Source: an uncultured Acidobacteriota bacterium (GTDB lineage: Bacteria > Acidobacteriota > Vicinamibacteria > Vicinamibacterales > UBA8438). From it: DNA of 64,000 bases. Shown here in pieces: positions 52,375 through 63,999 of this stretch. The stretch is from assembly GCA_913043225.1 (NCBI GenBank), contig CAJWLU010000004.1, positions 153,228 through 217,227 of the forward strand, in the 5' to 3' direction. Numbering within the stretch: position 1 is the stretch's first letter; the number at the start of each line of letters is the position of its first letter. The translations under genes were made by a program, and so were the position numbers. Under the pieces are notes generated by a model. It worked only from the letters and a program-made list of their open reading frames with translations, searched no databases and had not been told where the DNA came from.

Positions 52375-52605
52375 CCGTCCGGTATCCGCTCACGCTCCGT
52401 TCGCTGCCATGGGTCATCGACCGCGTCTAATCAGGCGCCGATCTCAGCGCTTGCCGCGACGCCCGGCAGGCATGGGCCCGGCTACTTCTGAGCCCGAGTC
52501 GGCGCATCGTAACGATCCCGTCGTCGTTACGTCAAATTCATCACTAGACGCGCAGCAGTGTGCAACACTGTGCAGTCGGTCAACCCATCGGCCGATAGAG
52601 ACGCT

Positions 52606-53649
52606 GTGACTGGATTCCGCTCGTCGCCGCACCACCGCCCGCTCCGCCACGTCCGTGCTGCAGGGATCCTTGCCCTCGCACTCGCCTCGACACACTGCTC
52701 CACCCGGGCCCCGGCGCCAGTCGGTCAGGGGCCCAGACCGTTTCCGTCGATCGCCGATTCCCCTCCCCCGGACAAGGCTCCCCTTCTGCGCGTCAAGGTA
52801 GTCGTCAACGGCTTCGCCGAGATTCGCCATCTCCCGGTCGAGGAATACGTAAGCGGCTCGGTACCCGCAGAGATGCCAGTCGGCCAGCCGAACCCCGCCC
52901 TCGCCGATCGACTCGCTAGGCTTCAGGCCATCCTCGCCCGCACCTATGCGCTGGCCAACCTGGGGCGGCACGCGCATGACGGCTTCGACCTCTGCTCGAC
53001 CACGCATTGCCAGGTCTACCGTCCGGCCGAGGAACAAACGTCGGCGGTGGCGGCACGGGTCTCGGCCGCGGTCGAAAGCACGCACGGCCTGGTCGTCAGT
53101 GACGGCCAGGAGATAATCGAAGCCCTGTTCCACGCGGACTGTGGCGGGCACACAAGTTCGGCCACCACGGTCTGGGGCGGACCGGCGCCACCATACCTCG
53201 AAGGTGTCAAAGACCACTTCTGTGTAATCGCTCCCAGAGACGACTGGAAGGTGCGACTAGAGCGCAGTCATCTTCATCGGATCCTCGCTACCGCGGAGGA
53301 CACGAATCCAGGCAATCGCCTGGACCGGCTTCGGGTTCTCGAGCGCGACCAGGCAGGTCGCGTCGTATCGATCGAGATCGTCGGCGAGCGTACCACGGTG
53401 GTGCGTGGGGAGCGGTTCCGTGCCGTTGTGGCCCGTCAACTTGGCGCCCGGTCATTCCGCAGCACGCGGTTCCAGATCATCGCCGCGGCCACGACGGTCG
53501 AGTTCACGGGAGACGGGTTCGGGCATGGAGTAGGACTCTGCCAAACAGGCGCCATCGCGCGAGCGCGCCGAGGGCACACCGTGGAGGCCATTCTCGCCCA
53601 CTACTATCCCGGAACTACACTGCAGACGGTTGAGCGCGGGACATCCTGA
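52606..53649 (+). CDS. SpoIID/LytB-domain lipoprotein (lytic transglycosylase family)
   Basis: EEYVSGSVPAEMP, QAILARTYA, CQVY, GFGHGVGLCQ, ILAHYYPG; lipobox-like ASTHC. Confidence 0.9.
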   Translation: MTGFRSSPHHRPLRHVRAAGILALALASTHCSTRAPAPVGQGPRPFPSIADSPPPDKAPLLRVKVVVNGFAEIRHLPVEEYVSGSVPAEMPVGQPNPALADRLARLQAILARTYALANLGRHAHDGFDLCSTTHCQVYRPAEEQTSAVAARVSAAVESTHGLVVSDGQEIIEALFHADCGGHTSSATTVWGGPAPPYLEGVKDHFCVIAPRDDWKVRLERSHLHRILATAEDTNPGNRLDRLRVLERDQAGRVVSIEIVGERTTVVRGERFRAVVARQLGARSFRSTRFQIIAAATTVEFTGDGFGHGVGLCQTGAIARARRGHTVEAILAHYYPGTTLQTVERGTS

Positions 53650-53904
53650 CCATAAAGTGGACATCAAGGGTGGAGTGCCTTGCGCTCAGAGCGGAGCACT
53701 TCGCGGATCTTACCGAACTGGGCGTCTTGGGCGAACGATGCCAGCAAGAACGCCCGTCGGAAGCTGCGAGGCGCGTCTCACGCTTCTGACGAGTTAGGTG
53801 GGTGCCCTGAGGCAGAGAGAATCATCGTCTCGGGCCGCGTCCGCGCCACCGACACGAAGCCGACCGGTCTCCGTATTACAATAGTTGGAAGTATTGGCGA
53901 GTAA

Positions 53905-54597
53905 ATGAAAACTACTGCGACACGTCTTAAAGAACAAGGGGCCGAAATCACCAGGGCGACTGACCGTGAGCCGGCGATCGAGACCAAGCTCGCCGCCGAG
54001 GTCAAGCAACTGCTAGCCAGCGGGCAACGGGTGCTCGCCGCCGAGCGATTTGAGGCGATCGTCGACCGGGAACAACGCCGCGCCTCCAGGATCGCTTATC
54101 ACTATCTGCGGGATCCGGCCGAAGTTGATGAGGTCGTGCAAGATGCCTTCGTCAAGGCATTCCTGCACTTGCCCTCGTTTCGTGAGGACCTGTTCTTCGA
54201 ACTGTGGTTTACGAGAATTCTCGTCAACGCGTGTCTAGATCGCCTGAAAGCGCGTAAACGCCTGGCCAGATGGCTCGCGCCGTCCGACCCGCGGGAGGGA
54301 GTGGTGGCCGAAGGGCCTCCCAGCCTCGACCCGTCACCCGAGGACGCGCTACTGGCCAAAGAACGACGGGCGTTGGTCGAGGTGGCGATCGACCAGTTGC
54401 CGGCCAGACAGCGCACCGCCGTCATCCTCAGCTATCTCGAGGGACGGCCGGCGCGCGAAGCCGGCATAATCATGGGCCTGAACGAGTCCACGGTCCGCGT
54501 GCATCTGTTTCGCGCGATGCGGAAACTTCGAGGATTCCTCAAGCGGGAGTCCTGGGCCACCCGAAGCCGCGTGGGCACAGCAGAACGTGAAGCCTAG
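53905..54597 (+). CDS. ECF sigma-70 factor
   Basis: EVVQDAFVKA, WFTRILVNACLD, LPARQR, STVRVHLFRA. Confidence 0.93.
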   Translation: MKTTATRLKEQGAEITRATDREPAIETKLAAEVKQLLASGQRVLAAERFEAIVDREQRRASRIAYHYLRDPAEVDEVVQDAFVKAFLHLPSFREDLFFELWFTRILVNACLDRLKARKRLARWLAPSDPREGVVAEGPPSLDPSPEDALLAKERRALVEVAIDQLPARQRTAVILSYLEGRPAREAGIIMGLNESTVRVHLFRAMRKLRGFLKRESWATRSRVGTAEREA

Positions 54598-55351
54598 CCC
54601 TCGACCAGTAAGTATGACCGAGCTCATGCGCACGACTTCGGCAACCTTGTCTCGCCTGTGGACCGGGTCTGCCCGGCATCTGACCGACGACGAATTGACG
54701 GCAGTCGCAACCGGCGAGACAGTTGCGCAGAGGACCTTGGCCCACCTGGACCAGTGCCAGCGGTGCGCGTCCAGCCTGGTTCACGCCGCAGACGCCATCG
54801 ACCTGCTCCAGGAGGAGGCCTCGGCGAGCTTCGACAAGGCCTACACCACCGAACGCCACCAAGCGCAGCGACGGAGAATCGGCCGTCGCCTGGCCACGCT
54901 GGTGGGCACCGAATCGCCGGGGAAAGTTATCCACTTCCCGTTCTCCGGTCGGCCACTGCCCCAACTTTCCGCACGGAGTGGCCACTGGATAGCCGTGGCG
55001 AGTGCCGCCAGCCTGGTCATCGGCGTCAGCGCCGGCCAGCTGCTGCACTTCCATGCCGCGCCAGCCAAACCGATTTCCAGCGACGGCGTCGCCGTGACCG
55101 AAAGTGCCCAAACCGTCCCATTAACCTTCGACATGACCGGTACGGTCAAACTCCCACTGCTGGGCGACGGACTGCAACACCCGGCGGGCGAATGGTCGTC
55201 ACTAACCCTAGAAGAGTTCGACGAGCTCATGGGCAACCCGGCCTTTTTCGGCAACGACGACCTCGCGTTGACCAACTTCCTGATGTCAGAATTTGGATCG
55301 ATCGACGCCTTGACGCCGCACGTCAGCGACCTCCCTGTCAACATCCAGTGA
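54587..55351 (+). CDS. Zinc-binding anti-sigma factor
   Basis: HLDQCQRC (HxxxCxxC) plus a TM helix; overlaps the sigma gene. Confidence 0.8.
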   Translation: MKPSPRPVSMTELMRTTSATLSRLWTGSARHLTDDELTAVATGETVAQRTLAHLDQCQRCASSLVHAADAIDLLQEEASASFDKAYTTERHQAQRRRIGRRLATLVGTESPGKVIHFPFSGRPLPQLSARSGHWIAVASAASLVIGVSAGQLLHFHAAPAKPISSDGVAVTESAQTVPLTFDMTGTVKLPLLGDGLQHPAGEWSSLTLEEFDELMGNPAFFGNDDLALTNFLMSEFGSIDALTPHVSDLPVNIQ

Positions 55352-56595
55352 CTTCCGGCTCCTCCTCCGACGCCGCTCGCGCCATCCCGGCACCCATATT
55401 TCGAAAGGGACTGGCGCTTAAGCACGAAGTAGCCGAGCAGCTGGCCTCCGACTACCACAGCGCCCTTATCGACCAGGTCCGGGCAGACGACTATCAGTGG
55501 CGGCACGGGCGCCTTCGGCTGCATCTCGCAACCGAATTCGGCTTCTGCTACGGAGTTGACCGGGCGGTCGACTACGCCTATCAAACCCGGCGTCGATTCC
55601 CGGACCGGTCCATCTATTTGACCGGCGAGATCATCCACAATCCCCAGGTCAACCATCGGCTTCGCGCGGCAGGCATCCGTTTCCTGAGCGACCCAGATGC
55701 CGACGCCGACCGACTAGGCACCGGCGACGTCGTGATCCTGCCAGCCTTCGGCGTGACCATCTCGATGCTGGCGCAGCTGCAGCGGCAGGGGTGCACGCTG
55801 GTGGACACCACGTGCGGTTCGGTGCTGAACGTCTGGAAAAACGTTTTGCAGTATGCCCGTGATGGTTACACCGCCATCATCCACGGGAAGGTGAGGCACG
55901 AAGAAACCCAGGCGACCGCATCTCAGGTCTTCCAGTATCCCGGAGGACGGTCGCTCGTCGTTCTCGACCGGGAAGAAGCCGACTTGGTGTGCGACTTCAT
56001 TCGCAAAGGCGGTGACGCCAATGCATTCATGGCTCGCTTTTCGAACGCCGTCTCTCCGAATTTCGACCCGGTGCGGGACCTCGAGCGGGTCGGTCTGGCC
56101 AACCAGACCACCATGCTGATGTCCGAGTCCCTGGCGATCGGCGACATGGTTCTCCAGGCGATGCTCGACCGCTACGGAAGCGCCAACCTCGACGCGCACT
56201 ACCGCGCCTTCGACACCATCTGCAGCGCCACCCAGGACCGCCAAGATGCCGTGACGGTCCTGCTCGAACGCCACGATCTCGACCTCATGATCGTGATTGG
56301 CGGCTACAACAGCAGCAACACGAAGAACCTAGCCCGCCTAGCGGATCGACGCGTCACGACCTACCACATCGCTGATGCGAGCTGCCTCGTGTCGGCCGGG
56401 GACATTCGCCACCGTCCGGTGGACGGCACTACGCCCCCCACCAGCCTCAGCGCCGAGGAAACATTATCGTCCGACTGGCTTCCCGACGGTACGCTGGCCG
56501 TTGGCCTGACCGCCGGAGCGTCCACTCCAGACTCGGTCGTCGGACAAGTTATCGAGCGGCTGGGCCAATTCGCCGAATCAGGCGCTTCCGAGTAA
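55348..56595 (+). CDS. ispH: HMBPP reductase
   Basis: FGFCYGV, IIHNP, DTTCGSV, NQTT, DTICSAT, SSNT, TAGASTP. Confidence 0.96.
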   Translation: MTSGSSSDAARAIPAPIFRKGLALKHEVAEQLASDYHSALIDQVRADDYQWRHGRLRLHLATEFGFCYGVDRAVDYAYQTRRRFPDRSIYLTGEIIHNPQVNHRLRAAGIRFLSDPDADADRLGTGDVVILPAFGVTISMLAQLQRQGCTLVDTTCGSVLNVWKNVLQYARDGYTAIIHGKVRHEETQATASQVFQYPGGRSLVVLDREEADLVCDFIRKGGDANAFMARFSNAVSPNFDPVRDLERVGLANQTTMLMSESLAIGDMVLQAMLDRYGSANLDAHYRAFDTICSATQDRQDAVTVLLERHDLDLMIVIGGYNSSNTKNLARLADRRVTTYHIADASCLVSAGDIRHRPVDGTTPPTSLSAEETLSSDWLPDGTLAVGLTAGASTPDSVVGQVIERLGQFAESGASE

Positions 56596-56647
56596 ACGTT
56601 TCCGGTTTTCGGCCAGTATTGCGAGAATGGGTGGGAACTCCTCTGTA

Positions 56648-57112
56648 ATGTCGAGAGATACGCGAATGCGGTACGTAGGGTTCGCCACGGTCGTGCTATA
56701 CGCCTGGACTATGCTGGCCACCGCGGCCGTTGCCTCCGAGCAGCGACGCCCCCCCCAGCGCTGGTGGAAGTCGGACGAGGTCAAGGCGATGCTAGAGCTT
56801 CGCGAGGACCAGTCCGCCCGATTGGAAGAGATCTACGGACAGACCCGCCCCAAGCAGCGTGAATCCTGGCGCCGACTGAACGCCGAAGAACGGACGCTGT
56901 CGAAGATGATTGCCAATCTGACTATCTCCGAGCTCGACGTGACCCGCCAGGTCGATCGAGTGGAAGCGGCACGCAGCGAGCTTCGCAAGACGCGAACCCT
57001 CATGGTCTTCCGCATGTATCGCGTCCTGAGCTCGAACCAGCGCACCGCGCTGAAGGAGTGGTGGGAGAACTTGTCTGGGGCTAACGACCAGAGCCCTCAA
57101 CGGCGGTGCTAG
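56648..57112 (+). CDS. Spy/CpxP-like periplasmic protein
   Basis: Signal peptide; LELREDQ and VLSSNQR resemble LTxxQ motifs. Confidence 0.78.
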   Translation: MSRDTRMRYVGFATVVLYAWTMLATAAVASEQRRPPQRWWKSDEVKAMLELREDQSARLEEIYGQTRPKQRESWRRLNAEERTLSKMIANLTISELDVTRQVDRVEAARSELRKTRTLMVFRMYRVLSSNQRTALKEWWENLSGANDQSPQRRC

Positions 57113-57238
57113 TCTGCCGGATGGCCCAATTTCTCCGAAGCACCTTTTGGAGTAGGGACTCGATTCAGCGGGTCTACATCATTGGTTCGTGGCGACTCTT
57201 CCGAGACCGCCCGCGCCCAGCGAATGTATTAGGAGCTA

Positions 57239-58870
57239 ATGTCGATGCGCTTTCTTCGTAATGGTTCCGTCCTGAGTCTCACCACCCTCGTGTTGGTCGC
57301 TACGCCGGCCACGGCCCAGCCGCAGCCTGACCCGGCCATCGAAAACCTCGTCGCGCAGGCGACGGCCCGATTGGCGGCGGTCCAGGTCCCTGGCGCCGGT
57401 CCACAGGTAAACCTGACTCTCGACGACGCGGTCGCCCGGGCGCTCGAGCGCAACCTCGATCTAGCGGTCCAGCGCCTCAGCCCTCAGGTCTTCGACCTGA
57501 CCCTAGCTCAGCAGCGGTCCGCTTATCTCCCGACGCTCAACTCAAACCTGAGCAGTTCCTCCAGAACCAACCCGTCCTCGACCCAGCTAGACGGTGGTGA
57601 ATCCATCGTGAGCGACACCGCGGTCTACAACGGCGGCATGAGCCAGGCGGTCGAGTGGGGGGGCGGCAACTACACGCTCAACTTCAACAACAACCGCAGT
57701 GCCTCAACGAACTTCTTCTCGAGTTTCAACCCCAGTTATCGCTCGTCGTTCCAGGCGTCGTATACCCAGCCATTGCTCCGAGGGTTCAAGATCGACCCCA
57801 CTCGCCAGCAAATTCAGGTCACCCGCATCAACCGTGACATCGCCGACATCGACCTCAGGCAGGCAATCACTAACACCGTATCCGAGGTACGGAACGCCTA
57901 CTGGGACCTGGTGTACGCGACCCAGAACCTTGCAGTGCAGCAGCAGGCGCTAGATCTAGCCGAAGAACTCATCCGCGACAACGAGGCCCGCGTCGAGATC
58001 GGCACCCTGGCCCCGATCGACGTGGTGCAGGCGCGTTCGGAGGCCGCGGCACGTCGTCAATCGCTAGCCGCGGCCGAACAGTCGCTTGCGGTGGCTGAGC
58101 TGGCACTGAAGCAGCTCGTTGTCGATAGCACACAAGACGAGTTCTGGACGGCCACCATCAATCCGGTAGACCTTCCCAACCTATCACCCGAACCCATCGA
58201 CCTCGAGCAGGCGGTTCGCGCGGCCATCGATCAACGCACCGACATCGCCCGCTCACGCAGGCAGCTGGACATCAACGAGGTTAACCTTTCGGCCATGAGT
58301 AACAACCGGCTGCCGGCGGTAGACCTCACGGCGTCCTATCAACTGCAGGGACAGGGCGGCACTCGTTTCTTGCGGACGGGACTCGGCGGGGCGGTCATGA
58401 CAGAGATCCCTGGTGGACCCGGCGATGCATTCAACCAGATGTTCGATGCCGACTTCCCGGCATGGACCGTGCAGTTGAACGTCAGCTATCCGCTGGGCCA
58501 GAGCGCGGCCGACGCCGCCTATGCCAGGGCACGGCTGCAGACGCAGCAAGTCCAGGCTCAGTTGAGCCAGCTGCAGCTGCAGGTGGCCACCGAGGTCACC
58601 AACGCGGTGGTCCAGATTCGGGCCATCGAGCGCCGCATCGAAGCCGCCACCGCGGCACGGGAACTGGCAGAGGAGCAGCTGGCGGCGGAACAGACCCGGT
58701 TCGACGCCGGTCTGACTACGAATTTCTTCGTGGTGCAGGCGCAGCGGGACCTCGCCACAGCGCAAGACACGGAGCTCCGGGCCATCCTGGACCAACAGAA
58801 AGCGCTCGTGGAACTCGACCGGGTGCAGCGTACGTCGCTGTCTTCGGCGGGGATTCAGATTATTCAATAG
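57239..58870 (+). CDS. TolC-family outer membrane efflux protein
   Basis: LTLDDAVARALERN, VRNAYWDL, RFDAGL..FFVVQAQ. Confidence 0.93.
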   Translation: MSMRFLRNGSVLSLTTLVLVATPATAQPQPDPAIENLVAQATARLAAVQVPGAGPQVNLTLDDAVARALERNLDLAVQRLSPQVFDLTLAQQRSAYLPTLNSNLSSSSRTNPSSTQLDGGESIVSDTAVYNGGMSQAVEWGGGNYTLNFNNNRSASTNFFSSFNPSYRSSFQASYTQPLLRGFKIDPTRQQIQVTRINRDIADIDLRQAITNTVSEVRNAYWDLVYATQNLAVQQQALDLAEELIRDNEARVEIGTLAPIDVVQARSEAAARRQSLAAAEQSLAVAELALKQLVVDSTQDEFWTATINPVDLPNLSPEPIDLEQAVRAAIDQRTDIARSRRQLDINEVNLSAMSNNRLPAVDLTASYQLQGQGGTRFLRTGLGGAVMTEIPGGPGDAFNQMFDADFPAWTVQLNVSYPLGQSAADAAYARARLQTQQVQAQLSQLQLQVATEVTNAVVQIRAIERRIEAATAARELAEEQLAAEQTRFDAGLTTNFFVVQAQRDLATAQDTELRAILDQQKALVELDRVQRTSLSSAGIQIIQ

Positions 58871-58917
58871 ATGCGATCATCACCAACGCCAGACCCATCT
58901 AGCGAGGGTTGCACCCC

Positions 58918-60666
58918 ATGAAGAAACTGCTTGTGCTTGTCCTGCTCGTTGGCGCCGGCTTGACCGCCTATGGCTATCTCGGATTTCGAACCACCGAGTT
59001 CGTACCAGAAGTCAGCACCGTACTGCTTAACCGCGGCGACGTGGTTGACACAGTCGGCGCCACCGGCACCCTCGAGGCCGTGACCACGGTTCAGGTAGGC
59101 AGCCAGGTCTCCGGCATCATCGAAGAGCTGTATGCCGACTTCAATTCAATCGTCCGCGAGAGCGACGTCATAGCAAGGCTCGAGCCCTCATTGTTCGAGA
59201 CGCAGATCGAGCAGGCTCAAGCGAACCTGGCCCGGGCTGAGGCCGATGTCGAGCGGTTGCGGGTGACGCTCGAAGATGCCGAGACCCAGCTTGCTCGCTC
59301 TGAAAATCTCGCCAGCCGTGACCTGATCGCGGACTCCGAGCTCGACGCGGCGCAGGTGTCGGTGAGAGCGGCCGCGGCCCAGCTCAAATCATCCGAGGCA
59401 AGCGTAACCCAGTCACGCGCCTCACTGAATCAGAACGAGGTTAACCTCGGACACACCGTCATTACCGCTCCGATCGATGGCATCGTTATTGCGCGACAGG
59501 TGGATGTCGGTCAAACCGTCGCCGCCAGCATGTCCGCGCCCGAACTCTTTATCATCGCCGCGGATTTGACCAAGATGCAGGTCATTGCCAACATCGACGA
59601 GTCTGACGTCGGCCGGATCCGCCCCGGGCAGGATGTCACGTTCACCGTCGATGCCTACGCCGCCGAGGAGTTCACCGGCACAGTGTCACAGATTCGCCTC
59701 GAACCTGTGGTCGTACAGAACGTCGTGACCTACGCTACAGTCATCGACGTACCCAACAACGAGCTCAAGCTCAAACCCGGGATGACCGCGACTGTCACCC
59801 TGGAGATCTCTCGCCGCGAAGACGTCCTGCGCGTACCGAACAGCGCCCTGCGCTTCCGCCCCACCCCTGAGATGTTCGCCGCTCTGAATCAACCGGTACC
59901 GGACATCCTGCAGCGTGGCGGCGGGGCCGGCAATCCTGGCGGCCGAGACGAAGGAGGCCGTAGCGGTGCGGGGGGCGGCCGGGGCGAAGAAAGCCGTAGC
60001 GGTGCGGGGGGCGGCGGCCGGGGCGGCTTCGGTGACATGAGCGACGCCGAGCGGCAGGCCTTTCGTCAGCAGATGCAGAACATGAGCCCCCAGCAGCGCG
60101 CCGAGTTCTTCGCGGCACGTGGCGGTGGCCGGGGCGGCCCGAGTGGCCGCGGTGGACGGGGCGCCAGCGGACGGCGGCGGGGGAACACGAATGAGACGGC
60201 TGTCGCGGCAGTCGACCGAGGCGCCACAACGATCGACGCCCTCTTCGCCCCGATTGAGGTGAACGAATCGACCGGCCGCGTCTGGGTCATGCAAGGCGAC
60301 CAGCTCCAGGCGGTCGACGTCCGACTCGGCGTCACCGATGGGACGGCGACGGAGCTACTCCGGGCCTCTGAGGACCGACTTGCTGCGGCTCAACCTGAGC
60401 CGGACCCACAAATTACCGAGTTGCGTGGACAGATCACGGCGCTTGAGGACGGTGAGACCCGCCGTAATCTCGCGCAGCTGGTCGCGCAGCTGGAAGCCGA
60501 CCAATCGAGACAGGCTCCCCCCTCGCGGCCGTCCAGGGCCGGCGTCAGTGAAGGTGCGCAGTTGGTCACCGGTGTCACCACCCCCGACGGCAGCTCCGTC
60601 GAGGGGCCCGGCGGAGGCGCGCGATCGCCTTTGATGCCACAGTTCGGCCGGGGCCGCCGGCGGTAG
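58918..60666 (+). CDS. MacA-like periplasmic adaptor with Gly/Arg-rich insertions
   Basis: VQVGSQVSG, ITAPIDG, IDESDVG, LKPGMTA. Confidence 0.92.
   Translation: MKKLLVLVLLVGAGLTAYGYLGFRTTEFVPEVSTVLLNRGDVVDTVGATGTLEAVTTVQVGSQVSGIIEELYADFNSIVRESDVIARLEPSLFETQIEQAQANLARAEADVERLRVTLEDAETQLARSENLASRDLIADSELDAAQVSVRAAAAQLKSSEASVTQSRASLNQNEVNLGHTVITAPIDGIVIARQVDVGQTVAASMSAPELFIIAADLTKMQVIANIDESDVGRIRPGQDVTFTVDAYAAEEFTGTVSQIRLEPVVVQNVVTYATVIDVPNNELKLKPGMTATVTLEISRREDVLRVPNSALRFRPTPEMFAALNQPVPDILQRGGGAGNPGGRDEGGRSGAGGGRGEESRSGAGGGGRGGFGDMSDAERQAFRQQMQNMSPQQRAEFFAARGGGRGGPSGRGGRGASGRRRGNTNETAVAAVDRGATTIDALFAPIEVNESTGRVWVMQGDQLQAVDVRLGVTDGTATELLRASEDRLAAAQPEPDPQITELRGQITALEDGETRRNLAQLVAQLEADQSRQAPPSRPSRAGVSEGAQLVTGVTTPDGSSVEGPGGGARSPLMPQFGRGRRR
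59941..60025 (+). repeat. Intragenic 36-bp-period tandem duplication
   Basis: GCCGTAGCGGTGCGGGGGGCGGC occurs at about 59957 and 59993. Confidence 0.85.
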
Positions 60667-60671
60667 TAGCG

Positions 60672-61520
60672 ATGACGCCGAGCATCTCCGTCCAGGACAT
60701 AACCAAGGTCTACGACCTCGGCGAGATCCAGGTACGGGCACTCCGCGGGGTCTCGGTCGGGATCGCCAAAGGCGAGTTCGTGGCCGTCATCGGCCCATCA
60801 GGCTCTGGGAAGTCGACCTTCATGCATATCTTGGGCTGCCTCGACCGTCCCACCAACGGCAGTTACGTGCTAGACGGGCATGACGTCTCCACGCTGTCTA
60901 AGAACGCTCTGGCAGAGGTCCGTAATCGGAAGATCGGCTTCGTGTTCCAGGGCTTCAATCTGCTCGCCCGTACGAGCGCGCTAGACAACGTTGAGCTCCC
61001 GCTGCTCTACAACGGTGACGGCATCCGCGGCAAAGAGCGGCATCGACTGGCCCAGGAAGCACTCGAGTCCGTCGGTCTCGGCGACCGGATGGGGCACTAT
61101 CCGAACCAGCTTTCGGGCGGCCAGCAGCAACGTGTCGCGATCGCCCGCGCGCTTATCAATAAGCCGGCAATCCTCCTGGCCGATGAGCCCACCGGCAACC
61201 TCGATAGCCGTACCAGCGTAGAGGTGATGGATATCTTTCAGCGACTAAACACGGAACGCGGGATCACCGTGCTCCTCATCACCCACGAGCAGGACATCGC
61301 GGAGTACGGCACCCGAATCATCGTGTTTCGTGACGGCAAGATCGTGGACGACAAACCAAACGCTGTACGCCGGATGGCCGCCGACGAACTCGCGGCGCTG
61401 CCAGCGGAAGAAGACGGTGACGACGAGGCCAACCCTCTCGCTTCGCCGCCCGGCGGGCCGTCAACGTTCGACAAGATTGACCAGGACATCGACCGATCGC
61501 CAGTCTCCAGCCGAAAGTAG
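60672..61520 (+). CDS. MacB/LolD-type ABC ATP-binding protein
   Basis: [32 protein letters not shown]. Confidence 0.96.
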   Translation: MTPSISVQDITKVYDLGEIQVRALRGVSVGIAKGEFVAVIGPSGSGKSTFMHILGCLDRPTNGSYVLDGHDVSTLSKNALAEVRNRKIGFVFQGFNLLARTSALDNVELPLLYNGDGIRGKERHRLAQEALESVGLGDRMGHYPNQLSGGQQQRVAIARALINKPAILLADEPTGNLDSRTSVEVMDIFQRLNTERGITVLLITHEQDIAEYGTRIIVFRDGKIVDDKPNAVRRMAADELAALPAEEDGDDEANPLASPPGGPSTFDKIDQDIDRSPVSSRK

Positions 61521-61526
61521 CCGACC

Positions 61527-62753
<1,227 letters not shown>

Positions 62754-62768
62754 GTCCCCTCGGTCGGC

Positions 62769-63140
62769 TCAGCCACCCCGCGTGGCCGTCCAGTCGCCGC
62801 CGCCGTAGCCACCGAAGTCGATTGAGCCGCTCATCTCGTCGCCGTCAACGGTGCCCTGTACCTCGATCTCCAAAAACTGTCCGCCGGCATCAATCTCCAA
62901 CACCCACTCGATCGCGTTGCCGGTGATGGTGCCGCCCTCAAACGGAAGATCACCCTGGTCGCCGCTGATGGAGCCAGAGAAGGCCTCGCCATCCTGTTGG
63001 ATCGTGAGAGTTCCGGCCTGAGAGCCCTGATCGCTATTGAAGGTCATGTTCCAGGTGCCGGCAATGTCCGGCGTCTGTCCCATTACCGTGACCATAGCCA
63101 GGCTAAACATTCCGCATACGAGCGCTGTCTGTCGACCCAT
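62769..63140 (-). CDS. Small secreted acidic beta-rich hypothetical protein
   Basis: GGAGGA RBS, signal peptide, DIAGTW...WTATR. Confidence 0.8.
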   Translation of the reverse strand: MGRQTALVCGMFSLAMVTVMGQTPDIAGTWNMTFNSDQGSQAGTLTIQQDGEAFSGSISGDQGDLPFEGGTITGNAIEWVLEIDAGGQFLEIEVQGTVDGDEMSGSIDFGGYGGGDWTATRGG

Positions 63141-63213
63141 GCAGTCCTCCTCCGGTTTCTCTGACGACAAGTGACGGGCCTTCTTGTCCGAACCTACCGG
63201 TCCGGGCGCTATA

Positions 63214-63672
63214 TTATCGCGATAGCTTCGTGAACAGCGTCTCGATGCTGCCGCCAGTCATCGGATCGGTCAGCGCCGGCGCGACCTCGGCAAGCGGTCC
63301 CAGCACGAAGGTCCGAGTACGAAACCGGGGATGCGGGACCTGCAGGCCCGGCTCGTCGAGCACTAGGTCGCCCAAGAGCACGAGGTCGAGATCGAGGGTG
63401 CGTGGCGCTCCCGCCTCGCGGCGCTCACGACCTCGCTCCTGCTCGATCTCCAGCAGGATCGCGAGCAGGGTCCGAGCCGACAGGTCGGTCCGGCCGACCA
63501 GCACGCCATTCAGAAACGACGGTCCCGGCACCCCGTGCTCCGGCGGGTTCTCGATGAACGTGGAAACCGCAACATCGCTCAGCAGGGATTTGAGCCTCGC
63601 CACAGCGTATGCGAGGTGCGCGGCGCGGTCACCGAGATTGCTGCCGAGCGCAACGGCGGCCGTGCGGGACAT
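63214..63672 (-). CDS. folK: HPPK
   Basis: ALGSNLGD, FLNGV, PRTLDLD, PHPR, FVLGPL. Confidence 0.96.
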   Translation of the reverse strand: MSRTAAVALGSNLGDRAAHLAYAVARLKSLLSDVAVSTFIENPPEHGVPGPSFLNGVLVGRTDLSARTLLAILLEIEQERGRERREAGAPRTLDLDLVLLGDLVLDEPGLQVPHPRFRTRTFVLGPLAEVAPALTDPMTGGSIETLFTKLSR

Positions 63673-63729
63673 GCCCATGACCTGGCACGCTCGGGGTCAC
63701 GTCTGGACCGCGGAGGTCCGAGAGAAGCG

Positions 63730-63999
63730 TCACCGAGCGCTCTGCTTCTCCTTGCAGGTGATACAGACCCGCGTCCAGGGGATGGCGTTAAGCCGGGCTG
63801 CTGCCACCGGCTCACCGCAGTCACGGCACACTCCGTAGGTCCCCTGCTCGATCCGCCGCAGCGCCTCTTCGATCGCCTGCAGGATCTTGGCGTCGGTCTG
63901 CTTCAGCTTGAGCTGGATGTGGACCTCGTTGTTTCCCGTCGCCTGATCCGCTAGATCCCCTTGGCGACTGCTCGTACCTTCGGTCGACTGGATCGGCTT
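63730..63999 (-). CDS. dksA: DksA/TraR C4 zinc-finger protein (5' end outside the window; absent from the ORF track)
   Basis: Manual translation: GDLADQAT...ALRRIEQGTYGVCRDCGE...RLNAIPWTRVCITCKE. Confidence 0.88.
   Translation of the reverse strand, partial: KPIQSTEGTSSRQGDLADQATGNNEVHIQLKLKQTDAKILQAIEEALRRIEQGTYGVCRDCGEPVAAARLNAIPWTRVCITCKEKQSAR

Noticed and set aside
54658..55347. 645-aa ORF suggesting an N-terminally fused IspH
   Set aside because: The extension is an off-frame shadow of the anti-sigma gene; IspH fits a GTG start at 55348
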